Assembly: GCA_951406725.2 (NCBI GenBank)
Contig: OX597817.1
Location: 78,678,001-78,742,000, forward strand
Origin: Octopus vulgaris
Lineage: Eukaryota
Direction: 5' to 3'
Length of the DNA stretch: 64,000 bases
Made by a program: the position numbers and the translations under genes
Notes under the pieces: model-generated
What the model was told of the DNA's origin: nothing
Databases searched by the model: none
What the model saw: only the letters and a program-made list of their open reading frames with translations
Shown here: positions 38,646-48,435 of the stretch, piece by piece
How the letters are laid out: each line of letters begins with the position of its first letter
Numbering within the stretch: position 1 is the stretch's first letter

Positions 38646-41576
38646 TCACTCGCTCCCGCACCCGAAACTGGTTTCATAATCAGCCAGCCAGGGAGGAGGG
38701 TGCCAGTCCCTCTGTGGTCGCAGCGCGACCCTAGGACTTGTTTCTGGTGTGTTGCTGTCGACCTCGTCATCCTGTCGGTTGTTTTCGTCCTGCCCACTGT
38801 TGCTTGTCCCATCCTCTGGGGCATGGACAATCCTCCGTATGTCCAAAACGTGGCGTGGCATACCATCGATGGAGATGTTATTTTTCGAACCTACGGAGGT
38901 TATTGTCCCCTTTCCCCATTGCGATGTACACCGTGCGTTTGGGGGTTTTACCCAGACTTCCTCCCCGACCCGCACGAAGGCGTGCTCTTCTTCTGCCCCG
39001 GGTTGCATTGATTTAGTACACGGATGCCTCCACTCGTACCTGAATATTGCTCTGTGTGGCACCGATTCCTCAGCCTGTCCGGATCGGGGAGACAAGTTGT
39101 ACCAAAAAACTGCTTCAAGCGGCGAAATGTGCCCCCTTTCCGCTATGGCCTTGACTGTCCGATGGTGCCTCTCCACGATCCCGTTACCGCCCGGCCTATA
39201 CGCTGCTCTGAACAAGCGTCGCACGTTCCACCGATCAAGCATAACCCTCAATGCTTCCGAACGAAATGCCGCCCCGTTGTCCATCAGTAGTTCTTCCACG
39301 GGACCTCTCTCTAAAAATATCCCGTTCAGGATCTGCACGATCTCGTCAGCAATGCCCGATCTCAACTCCCTCCAAATGGCCAGCCGGCCCGGCCCACAGT
39401 CGACCATGGAGAGGTACGTTCGCTGACGGTAGTGTGTCACATCCACAGCTAGCCTTTTCCAGTTCTGCTCCACGGAAAGGCTTCCCTGTTCATGCCCACA
39501 CGGAGCAGGGTCGATGGACTGACACCTGTCGCAGCTCCCGACCACCTTCCGGACGCTTCTCCTGGTCACGTCAGCATCAATCTTTTTTGCCAGATACAGG
39601 GTCCTGTCCACCCCCAGGTGATGCATAGCGTGCAATTTCTTCAGCTCGGAGTCATCCAACCGACACGCCGCAGCTATCCCTCTCCGCGCCTCCTCCGGTT
39701 CTTCCAACCACGCCCTTTTCACCCTGGTCAGTACGTCCGCCTTGTTTTTCTCCGAAGGCACGAAGACCACGTTCAGCTTGAGTCCGAATTCAGCGATCAG
39801 TTCACCTAGAACTCCTAGGCGGCGCTTCACTAACATCTCCGCAGCACCTTTCGTCCGCACTCTCCTGTCACCGGTGATCACTGATCCTACCCAGCCAAGC
39901 ACAGTGGCCGAATCCGTCCGCATTTCAATCGTGCGCAGCCCCCATTTCAAGGCCAAGTTCACCCCTTTCAGTAGCGCGTCTAGTTCGGCGACATTGATGT
40001 GGTTGAAATCATCTGCTTTCCGAAGCCAGGACGCGTCCTCCACCGCAGTGCCTTCGATTGCCAACACCACCCCTATCGCTATACTGCTAGCGTCACACCA
40101 GACAGTCCCGCATTTCGTCCTGGGCACGTACCAGTTCCCCCTGACCGGGTCTTCCGCTCTTGTCCTCTCTAGGATCTCCTGCATCATCGCCACCGTCCCT
40201 TCTCCCACCTTGTCGCCCCACCTCTCTCCTTCTGCTCGTCTCTTGGTGTAACTACACGCCGTGCGCAGCCATCCAGCGATCGGGTAGTGACCGACCAACT
40301 TCCCACACACCGAGAACAGCTCTCTCCTGCTGACGCTGGAACTCAGCTCTGGGATTTCATTTCCTCTCCGGAACACCAATTCGCCTGATCTATCTCTTCG
40401 CAGCTTCAGCCCCAGTGCGGCTCCCCCTTCAATCGACTCCGGCGGCTTAGCAATCAGTCCGAACTTCTCCAGATGTCTCACTACCTCGTCGGCTGCCACT
40501 ACAGTTTCGTCCACCAAAATGTCGTCAATGTAGGAGCTGGTGGCCTTTCTAATCTTGCCGTCTTTCCCCAGGACGGACCTAAGCACTGCCGACATGATCT
40601 TCGGAGCAGAATTCAGCCCGAAACCCAGCCTGGTTAGACAGTACGTCCGGCCCTTGTACCGCACCAGCTGATATCGCCATAGTTTGTCGCTCACATGGAG
40701 CTGCAAGTATGCCGATCTCAAGTCGACAATCGTCGCTGCCTCAGTCGACTGTCTCCACTTGCGCAATGCCTCACCACAAACGTCTGTCGCCTCACCTCCC
40801 GTGTGACACGATATGTGCTGGTTTAACTCCCTGAAGTCCAGCACCGGTCTAACTTTTCCCTTCGTAGGCTGCACCACCGCCATCAGGGGTAGCACTCCGC
40901 CCGCTACCTCCTCCTTCCAAGGGACAAGGATCCCTTCCTCGATCCACCTCTCCACCTCGTCTTCAAACTCAACCCTGGCGTGGCCTTTCAGAGTATGCTG
41001 GTAACAGCTCACCCTGTTCTCCAGTGTCGGGGGCTCGTCCTTCCATTTCCACTCTATCGTCCACCGCCGACCATCGAACGCCGCCTGAAAGTCCTTGTCC
41101 TCGATGGTGTAAGCAGCGCCGTCCCTCGCGGGGCTCTGCTCCCTCTGGTGATCCTGACTCGCAGCGCACGACGCCCCCACGCTTCCGAACGTGACCTTAT
41201 TTCCCACAACGCTGACGCCACCGAGGCAGTTGATGGCGTCCATCCCCATCACCACATCAACTCCATTTATCACGCGTTCGGCCACAATTGCCTGTAGCCT
41301 TAGCGTCGCGCCGCGCACCACTATCTCTACCGCGCTGCTGCCTCTGCAACGGATTTCGCTGCCGTCGACCGCCCGGACACTACACACCCCGTTCCATTCC
41401 TTCGTCACCCTCGAAGTCACCAGGGTGGTCGTACAGCCCGTATCCACAAGGGCCTTGAACGTCTCCCCCTCGGCCTCCACGTCGATCACTGGCAGTGTCT
41501 CCAATAGCGCCTCTACTCGTTTGAGGGGAAAGTTCGAGAGGCAGCAACTTCCCCGCGGTCGTTTCCCTGGCCGCAA
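38646..41576 (-). CDS. pol: Pol polyprotein (aspartic protease, reverse transcriptase, RNase H, DDE integrase), probably made as a Gag-Pol frameshift fusion
   Basis: LVDTGC protease; VLDFRELN, VDLRSAYLQL, GFGLNSAP and YIDD RT motifs; CDAS/HINVAELDA/TDS/NKAD RNase H; HHCC zinc finger; VDVT...MDNG-x35-E integrase triad. No stops in 976 codons. Confidence 0.96.
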   Translation of the reverse strand: MRPGKRPRGSCCLSNFPLKRVEALLETLPVIDVEAEGETFKALVDTGCTTTLVTSRVTKEWNGVCSVRAVDGSEIRCRGSSAVEIVVRGATLRLQAIVAERVINGVDVVMGMDAINCLGGVSVVGNKVTFGSVGASCAASQDHQREQSPARDGAAYTIEDKDFQAAFDGRRWTIEWKWKDEPPTLENRVSCYQHTLKGHARVEFEDEVERWIEEGILVPWKEEVAGGVLPLMAVVQPTKGKVRPVLDFRELNQHISCHTGGEATDVCGEALRKWRQSTEAATIVDLRSAYLQLHVSDKLWRYQLVRYKGRTYCLTRLGFGLNSAPKIMSAVLRSVLGKDGKIRKATSSYIDDILVDETVVAADEVVRHLEKFGLIAKPPESIEGGAALGLKLRRDRSGELVFRRGNEIPELSSSVSRRELFSVCGKLVGHYPIAGWLRTACSYTKRRAEGERWGDKVGEGTVAMMQEILERTRAEDPVRGNWYVPRTKCGTVWCDASSIAIGVVLAIEGTAVEDASWLRKADDFNHINVAELDALLKGVNLALKWGLRTIEMRTDSATVLGWVGSVITGDRRVRTKGAAEMLVKRRLGVLGELIAEFGLKLNVVFVPSEKNKADVLTRVKRAWLEEPEEARRGIAAACRLDDSELKKLHAMHHLGVDRTLYLAKKIDADVTRRSVRKVVGSCDRCQSIDPAPCGHEQGSLSVEQNWKRLAVDVTHYRQRTYLSMVDCGPGRLAIWRELRSGIADEIVQILNGIFLERGPVEELLMDNGAAFRSEALRVMLDRWNVRRLFRAAYRPGGNGIVERHHRTVKAIAERGHISPLEAVFWYNLSPRSGQAEESVPHRAIFRYEWRHPCTKSMQPGAEEEHAFVRVGEEVWVKPPNARCTSQWGKGTITSVGSKNNISIDGMPRHVLDIRRIVHAPEDGTSNSGQDENNRQDDEVDSNTPETSPRVALRPQRDWHPPPWLADYETSFGCGSE
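41509..41567 (-). promoter_or_regulatory. -1 programmed ribosomal frameshift signal (G GGA AAC plus predicted H-type pseudoknot)
   Basis: Heptamer at 41567-41561 is in the correct gag phase (CAG GGA AAC). A 6-nt spacer follows, then stem 1 GGGGAAGTT/AACTTTCCCC and stem 2 GCCTCT/AGAGGC. Pol is in the -1 frame. Confidence 0.88.
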
Positions 41577-42277
41577 TCACGGGCAATGTGCCCTGTCTGC
41601 CTGCATCGATAGCAAACTGGCCCCAGCTGCGTACAGTCCCGCGCCATGTGCGGTCCCTGGCATTTAAAACATCGTCCTGAGAACGGCCGCTCTCGTTGCA
41701 CGGTGGGCTTCCGTACCTCTTTCTCGTGACGTCGTCCGTCTTTACGCGCCTCCGTCACCGCCATCGCTACCCCCTTCCGCCCCGAGTGTCTCGTCAACCC
41801 GCGAGCATGAGTTACGAGCTCGCTCAATGGCATCTTTTTGACCCCGGGCAGTTGTTGTAGGTGAATTCCTACGTCATCGGGGAAGCCATTTACGAATGCC
41901 AGTTGGGCTGCTCTCTCCAGTCCTTCTCCAGCAAACCCGGCCAGAGTCGCTAGCCTTCTAGCTTCCGCCGCAAAATCATCTACCTGGCCTCCCGTCCACC
42001 TGATTGCACCCAGCTTAGCGAAAGCTGTGTACTCGCATTCCGTGTATGCGTCACACAAGCGCCGCTCTATATTCCCATCGCAGAGCCGTTCTTTTTCGTC
42101 CATTTCTAGGTAGAGCGACAACGCACTTCCTTCCAAATACAGGGCCATAAGACTCGCCACGTCACTTATGCCCTGCAGTCTCGCCACCAGCCTGATTTTC
42201 CGAATCCAGGCCACTACATCGCCTTCGCCGTTAAAAGATCTAACGACGTCACTGGCGATCCTAATTTTTGCCGACAT
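41513..42277 (-). CDS. gag: Gag (254 aa) with two CCHC zinc knuckles
   Basis: ATG 44 bp inside the 5' LTR boundary; FNGEGDVVAW capsid-like N-terminus; knuckles CFKCQGPHMARDC and CYRCRQTGHIARDC. Confidence 0.93.
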   Translation of the reverse strand: MSAKIRIASDVVRSFNGEGDVVAWIRKIRLVARLQGISDVASLMALYLEGSALSLYLEMDEKERLCDGNIERRLCDAYTECEYTAFAKLGAIRWTGGQVDDFAAEARRLATLAGFAGEGLERAAQLAFVNGFPDDVGIHLQQLPGVKKMPLSELVTHARGLTRHSGRKGVAMAVTEARKDGRRHEKEVRKPTVQRERPFSGRCFKCQGPHMARDCTQLGPVCYRCRQTGHIARDCGQGNDRGEVAASRTFPSNE

Positions 42278-42309
42278 CGTGTTGAAAAAAATGTGAACAC
42301 TGACTAAAT

Positions 42310-42321
42310 GCCGAAATAGCT
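42310..42321 (-). promoter_or_regulatory. Non-canonical primer-binding site AGCTATTTCGGC, complementary to nt 1-12 of tRNA-Phe(GAA)
   Basis: Plus strand reads GCCGAAATAGCT directly abutting the LTR. This equals the 5' end of vertebrate/Drosophila tRNA-Phe as I recall it (GCCGAAATAGCTCAGTTGGG). No TGG is present. Confidence 0.8.
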
Positions 42322-42596
42322 TGTGGTTGATGAAAGGAGCACAACGGAAACAAGGAAATAGGAAACAGAGGTGCGATAAGGTCTTACCTGACGGGGGATG
42401 AAGTCGGATGGCCTTCAGCCAACTTGCTCGCGTGTTGTCGTCTCGGGGCCTTGCTGGGGTCTGCCGTAGCCGGTCGATGCCGCACGTGCGTTGAGTCTCT
42501 CACTTCCACTTCCGCCGGCGCATGCGCCCTGCAAGACCTGTAAGCATCACTTCCGCTCCCGCCCGTCCCGTCACACTCCTTCATCACCACACCACA
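42322..42596 (-). repeat. 5' LTR (275 bp)
   Basis: TGTGGT...ACCACA 6-bp terminal inverted repeat; identical to 38335-38609 except at 42406 and 42508. Confidence 0.95.
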
Positions 42597-43346
42597 TCAT
42601 CATCATCATCCTCATCATCATCATCATCCTCTTCCTCCTCATCATCAGCATCATTGTCTGCACCAGCATCATCATTATCATCACCATCATAGTCATTGTT
42701 GTCATCGTCACCGTTATCATCCTCCTCATCCTCATCCTCATCATCCTCATCATCATTATCCTCATCCTCATTATCATCATCATCATTGTCAGCATCGTCA
42801 TCATCAATATCACCCTCATGATCATCATCATCCTTGTCACTATCATCATCATTATCATCACCTTCATCGTCATCGTTGTCATCGTCACCGTTATCATCCT
42901 CCTCATCCTCATTCTCATCATCATCATCATCATCCTCATCCTCATTATCATCATCATCATTGTCAGCATCGTCATCATCAATATCGCCCTCATGATGATG
43001 ATGATGATCATCATCATCGTTGTCATCATCATCATCCTCATCCTCATTATCATCATCATCATTGTCAGCATCGTCATCATCAATATCACCCTCATGATCA
43101 TCAACATCATTGTCACTATCATCATCATTATCATCACCTTCATTGTCATCGTTGTCATCGTCACCGTTATCATCCTCATCCTCATCATCATCATCATCAT
43201 CCTTATTATCATCATCATCACCCTCATCCTCATTATCATCATCATCATTGTCAGCATCGTCATCATCAATATCACCCTCATGATCATCATCATCATTGTC
43301 ACCACCATCATCATCATCATCACCATCTTTGTCATCATCATCGTTG

Positions 43347-43379
<33 letters not shown>

Positions 43380-43382
43380 CTA
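42597..43382. repeat. (CAT)n-derived compound repeat with higher-order units
   Basis: tgtcagcatcgtcatcatcaatatc.ccctcatga occurs at ~42787, 42961, 43063 and 43249. Confidence 0.88.
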
Positions 43383-44062
43383 TCCTGATCCCAAACCAAC
43401 GAAACACAAAATCAACTCACCACAGCATATAGTTTGGTATTGTACATCCTTCATAACTGTTGCAGACCTTCGTAATTGTTGCAGACCCTCTCATACTAGT
43501 GAGATTGTTATTGTTGTTGTTTAAACCTAGTTCAGCCCCATTTTGAGCACACCTATGATTGAAAGCAAACATCTCTTGACCATCTCATTGCAAATTTTTC
43601 AGGTCTTCTATTTTTTCGAGGCATGTAGTCATAGGTATTGGCTACATGGTTAAGAAGTTTACTTTGCACAGCCAGGTTTTGAGTTCGATTCAACTACAGA
43701 GTGCATGGGGTAATTGGTTTTTTCCAAGGGTTTCCAGAACTGTCAATAACTTGTGAGTCAATGCTGGTTGATGGAGACTGTAGAAAACCTGTGATATAAG
43801 TGTGTGCATATGTATGTGTGTATGCGTGTAAGTGCATGTACATGTGGAAAATGACTGTGGTGTGGACAGACGATGTTGTTTGTTGTTATTTCCTCAAGAA
43901 TGAGTCATCTGGTAGCACTGTATTTTTGAAGACAAGTGGAATGTAAACTCCCTTAGTTGTAAAACAGATAAGGTTTAGCAGCAGGGAAAGCATCCAGCTG
44001 TAAAATAATGTCTTAATACTATGCATCCATCAAACCCATGTTACCATGGAAATATAGACAAA

Positions 44063-44645
44063 TTATTATTATTATTATCATCATTATTGAGCGAGAGAGC
44101 TGTGCATACCATCAAAGTGACACTGGGGTAAAATATACAAAGCCCAGAATACCCATCATGACTACCCATATGATAAGGGTACACTAGGCACATGCATCAC
44201 AACCATGTGTGCACGACATGGTGATCTCATATCAAGATAAACAGCACATAACCTTGCAGGTTGGGCCCAGTTAGAATTTTCTTCAGGTTGAGTAACCCAT
44301 CCTGCTCAAAAGGTCCTTGAATAAGGGTTGTTTAAGGATGTTGAATGAAACACCCATGTTTCCAGAGGTGAATTATCCAAACCTCCCAGAATTCCTCTCA
44401 ACACAAGGCTATGATGCTCCCCCACTTCTTCTGCTCATGATCAGAGATACGCATATCGTCAGCCACTAAGGGACATGCTCAACTGGTTAAGGTCAAACAA
44501 CTGACAAGCAAATCTGTGGTATTGAGCAGAATATTTGCTGTAGCCCATCTTTTATACCAAGGCAAAAAATTGCACATGATAACATTTCCAATCAGTTAAG
44601 ATCAGAAGCTATGAGAGCCACTGTCTGGTACAGCATCAGGGCATC
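44063..44645 (-). mobile_element. Repeat family E, embedded in a (TAT)n tract
   Basis: Reverse complement of 34405-34943; (ATT)n on both sides. Confidence 0.75.
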
Positions 44646-44695
<50 letters not shown>

Positions 44696-44702
44696 ATTAT
44701 TA

Positions 44703-44747
<45 letters not shown>

Positions 44748-45280
44748 ATCAGGTCATACTGATAGAATAAGTAGTAGACTTACAAAGAATAAGTCCGATG
44801 CTCGATTTGTTTGACTAAAGGCAGTGCTCCAGCTTGGCCACAGTCAAATGACTGAAACAAATTAAAGAATAAAAGAGTAAAAGAGTAAGTACTGTGGTCG
44901 AATAAGGTACCACACAGTGGGACTGAATCCAGAACCATGTGGCTGAGAAGCAACCTTCTTACTACATGATCAACATGGAGTTAAGGTCACTTCTGCCAGA
45001 TAGAGTAGCTTGAGATACACTTACATAGAGTCTAGATTGGTGCTTTTACGGTTCATTGGCTGCTTGGAACCTACCAATATTTCACTTCTGTAAATGACTA
45101 AAAATTACTGCTAGCATCTCCACAATATTTTGGTAAAAGAAAAATATGAAAACGTTCATGAGTGCAATGATAAAGCCATGATGATGATGATGATCAATAT
45201 CATGATCATCAGTATTATCGTCACCACCACAACTACCACCATTCTCGGAGTTTTCCTCATCATCATCATAATCGTCGTCG

Positions 45281-45311
<31 letters not shown>

Positions 45312-45361
45312 TCTCATTGTCATCGTCATCATCGTTGTTGTCATAGTTGTTGTCGTCATCG

Positions 45362-45393
<32 letters not shown>

Positions 45394-45676
45394 GTCATCA
45401 TCATCATCGTTGTTGTTGTTGGTGCCATTTTCGTCGTCGTCATCATTTCTTTTGTTTCAATGGTAAAGATGATGTCTTTGCTGATACTGATGCACAAGTT
45501 TTTTTTCTTGCTTTCGGTTTGCTTGTATAGTCTATATTTTTACTGGCACTGACCAAAAATGATGCTGATGACGATGGCGATGGTGTTGGTGGTGGTGGTG
45601 GTGGTGGAGGTGGTGGTGGTGGTGGTGGTGGTGGTGGTGGTGGTGGTGGTGGTGGTGGTGGTGGTGGTGGTGATAA

Positions 45677-45710
<34 letters not shown>

Positions 45711-46129
45711 GACCAGAAAGTTGTGCATGATGTGCTTTTGCAATGACCAGTCATAAACTTTCAACTCCAGCAATGGGCTTGCAACGAACTGACACAGTTC
45801 ACACACACACACATGCACACACATACACAAACACGCACAAACATACACACAGACATACACTAACTCTGTCTCACACACACAGAGAAACATGCATGTATAT
45901 ATGAATGAATGAACTACAGAGAGCAGGGGTGTGTAGACAAGTAAATTCTAAGGAAAAAAGAGAAAACAGTGAAATGAGAGAATGACAGATGGTGAAACAG
46001 AGAGAGAGAGAGAGAGAGAGAGGGAAAGATGATGCTGACGTAGAAATGAATAATGGAGTAAAGAGAATGATTAGAGAATGAAAGGGCGGAGGGAAAAAAA
46101 AACATTGACAGAAAGAGAGAAGGAGAAGA

Positions 46130-46189
<60 letters not shown>

Positions 46190-47019
46190 TCAGGAGAGAA
46201 GAACTGAAGTAAAGGACAAAAGAAGCTGATGATTTATGACTAAAGAAGAAAGAATAAAGTCTGATATTTTGGTTGTGTTGATGATGGAGAGATTGGCCTC
46301 ATGGTGGAAATGGTTCACAAATATCTCAAGAATTCTTTATAGTTTTTTCACTTGGTGGTGTTATATTGTAGCTAGTTAGCTGGTTGGTTGGTTGGTTGGG
46401 TTGGTTGGTTGGTTGGTTGGTTGGCTGGCTGGTTGTTCAAGATGTGGTGTAGTGGTGGTCATGATGGATAAAATGATGATAATTTTTTGTTGTAGTATGA
46501 TAAAGTTTTGAGTTGCTGATGTTGTTGTTGTTGTTGCTGCTACTGCTGTTGTGATGCTTTTTTTTGTTTTGTTTTTGTTGGGTTTGTCCAACCACTACAC
46601 ACAAACATTCTAACCATAACAATAAATAAATAAATAAAATGCAATGAAATTAACAAAATAAGTATAAAGGAAAACGAAAATCAATAGCCATCCAACTTGC
46701 AGACGAACCTACATCCTTTGATCCTCTCTAGCCACTATCCATCCCTCAGACATGTGACCATCTTCTTCTCTTCTTCCAATCTCTCTTACTATTTCTATAA
46801 TGGTTTATATTCCTTTTAAATATGCCCAGCGACACAGCCATATAAGTTACTTGATAATGAAAAGCATTTGACCTTCTCTCATTATGTTCTGTACAAATCT
46901 GACCACCTTTCCACCATGCTTACAAATCTCCATCATGGTTACATTTGTCTTCCTGTCTTTCTCCGACTCATAAGGTGTTGATTGGTCTGAGGCTCCAGGA
47001 GAAGTCACTTATCTAAGGT

Positions 47020-47452
47020 GCCTTGCAATGGATTCAGTCTCAAAGTGTGGCACCTTGGGCAAGTGTCTTCTACTGTAGCCTCTGTTTGACCAAAGCCATA
47101 TGACTGGGTGAAAGACAGAAAGAAGCCTGTCTTTTGTGTGTGTGTGTGTGTGTGTACATGTGTGTGTGTGTGTGTGTGTGTGCGTGCGTGTGTGTGTGCG
47201 TGTGTATGTATGCTTTTGTGTGTATGATTTTGTGTGTTTTTGTGTCTGTATTTGTCCCCACCACTGCTTAACAACTGTTATTGGCATGTTTATGTCTCCA
47301 TAACTTAGCAGTTCAGCATTGAGACCGATAGAATTAATACCAGACTCACAAAAATCCAATTACTTGGGTCAATTTATTTGACTAAAATTCTTCAAGATAC
47401 TGCCTCAGCATGGCCACAGTTTAATAAGAAGTAGAGTAAGTAAAAGATAAAA
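47020..47452 (+). mobile_element. SINE family B
   Basis: gcaccttgggcaagtgtcttctact...cagcatggccacag...aagtaaaagataaaag. Confidence 0.75.
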
Positions 47453-47479
47453 GTTAAATGTCATTCCAATACAAGAGGG

Positions 47480-48435
47480 AAGAGGGTTCTATTCTACCTA
47501 TTTCTCTCTGGAGGAATCTGGCTGCTTCCACTTCTAAAGAGAAATGGACCATGCTAGGTTTTAAAAATGCCCAAGACTTGCTTGCATGTCATAATGATGC
47601 TCCTACAATTCCATCAAAATTTGATGGCCCAAGGAAGAAAGGTAGAATTTAAAACTAGCAGAAAAATGTTGATAGTAAGTATGGAATTACGTAACACACC
47701 TTTCTAAGTTAATTGATGATATAATACGATTGATCTTCTCATTGTGTTCCATCCCATCAAATGCTTTTAACACCAGGCATACCAACCTTATGAAAACCAA
47801 CTTTGCCTTACTGTCTTTGTGGATCGTTACATAAGTACCATTCCTGTGATTAGGCTGAGGTGGGGAGTTAATTCTACTTTTTTCTCTCTGGAAAAAACTA
47901 GTTGTTAATACCCAGTAAGGGATTTATTTCACTATGTTTTACAAATTACCAATATGTATTGTTCTGTTACAATGGTGCTCTTATGGTTCTATCAAGAATT
48001 AATGCCTCTAAGAGAGAAGAAAGGTAGGAAAATGTTGACAGTAAATGTGTAACTGTATAACACACCTGCCTATGTTATCTAACAATGTAGTGCATCTGCT
48101 CTTTTCATTGTATTCATAGCATCAAACCTCACTATTACCAAACTTACAAACACCTTACCTCAAACACTAAGACGATCAATTTCACTATACTGCCTTTTGT
48201 AGTTATTAAATAAAATATCAATCTAATATTAGGATGTAGTGAGTTTCATGCCTCTTTCTTTTTTCTGGAAGAAATCAGCTGCATACTACTCTGTAGAGGG
48301 ATTGACTCAACCAATTGTAAAATGCCTAAGACTAGCCACATGCCACAATGGTGCTCTTATGATTCCATCAAGAATTGATGGCCCAAGGAAGAAAGGAAGA
48401 AACGAAGGCAAGAAAATACTGACAGCAAGGTAGGC
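47480..48435 (+). repeat. Old diverged tandem repeat, ~377-bp period, ~2.5 copies
   Basis: Anchor c(c/t)atcaa.aatt.atg.c...aag.aagaaagg at ~47611, ~47989 and ~48365. Confidence 0.75.

Larger units (their letters stand above)
38335..42596 (-). mobile_element. Full-length intact LTR retrotransposon (gag, PR-RT-RH-IN order as in Ty3/gypsy or BEL; lineage uncertain)
   Basis: Two 275-bp direct repeats with TG...CA ends; TCATC flanks both sides (38330-38334, 42597-42601); uninterrupted gag and pol ORFs between them; GC- and CpG-rich against AT-rich flanks. Confidence 0.97.

Noticed and set aside
38700-41667. Plus-strand ORFs of up to 225 aa antisense to pol
   Set aside because: Expected shadow ORFs in GC-rich coding DNA; no recognisable motifs.
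42309-42316. TGCCGAAA resembling part of a canonical tRNA-Phe 3'-end PBS
   Set aside because: It is on the wrong strand relative to gag-pol, lacks TGG, and continues TAGCT (the tRNA 5' sequence) rather than CCC; acceptor-stem symmetry explains it.
42384-42590. 68-aa ORF present in both LTRs
   Set aside because: Non-ATG start, no homology evident, and duplicated only because the LTRs are.
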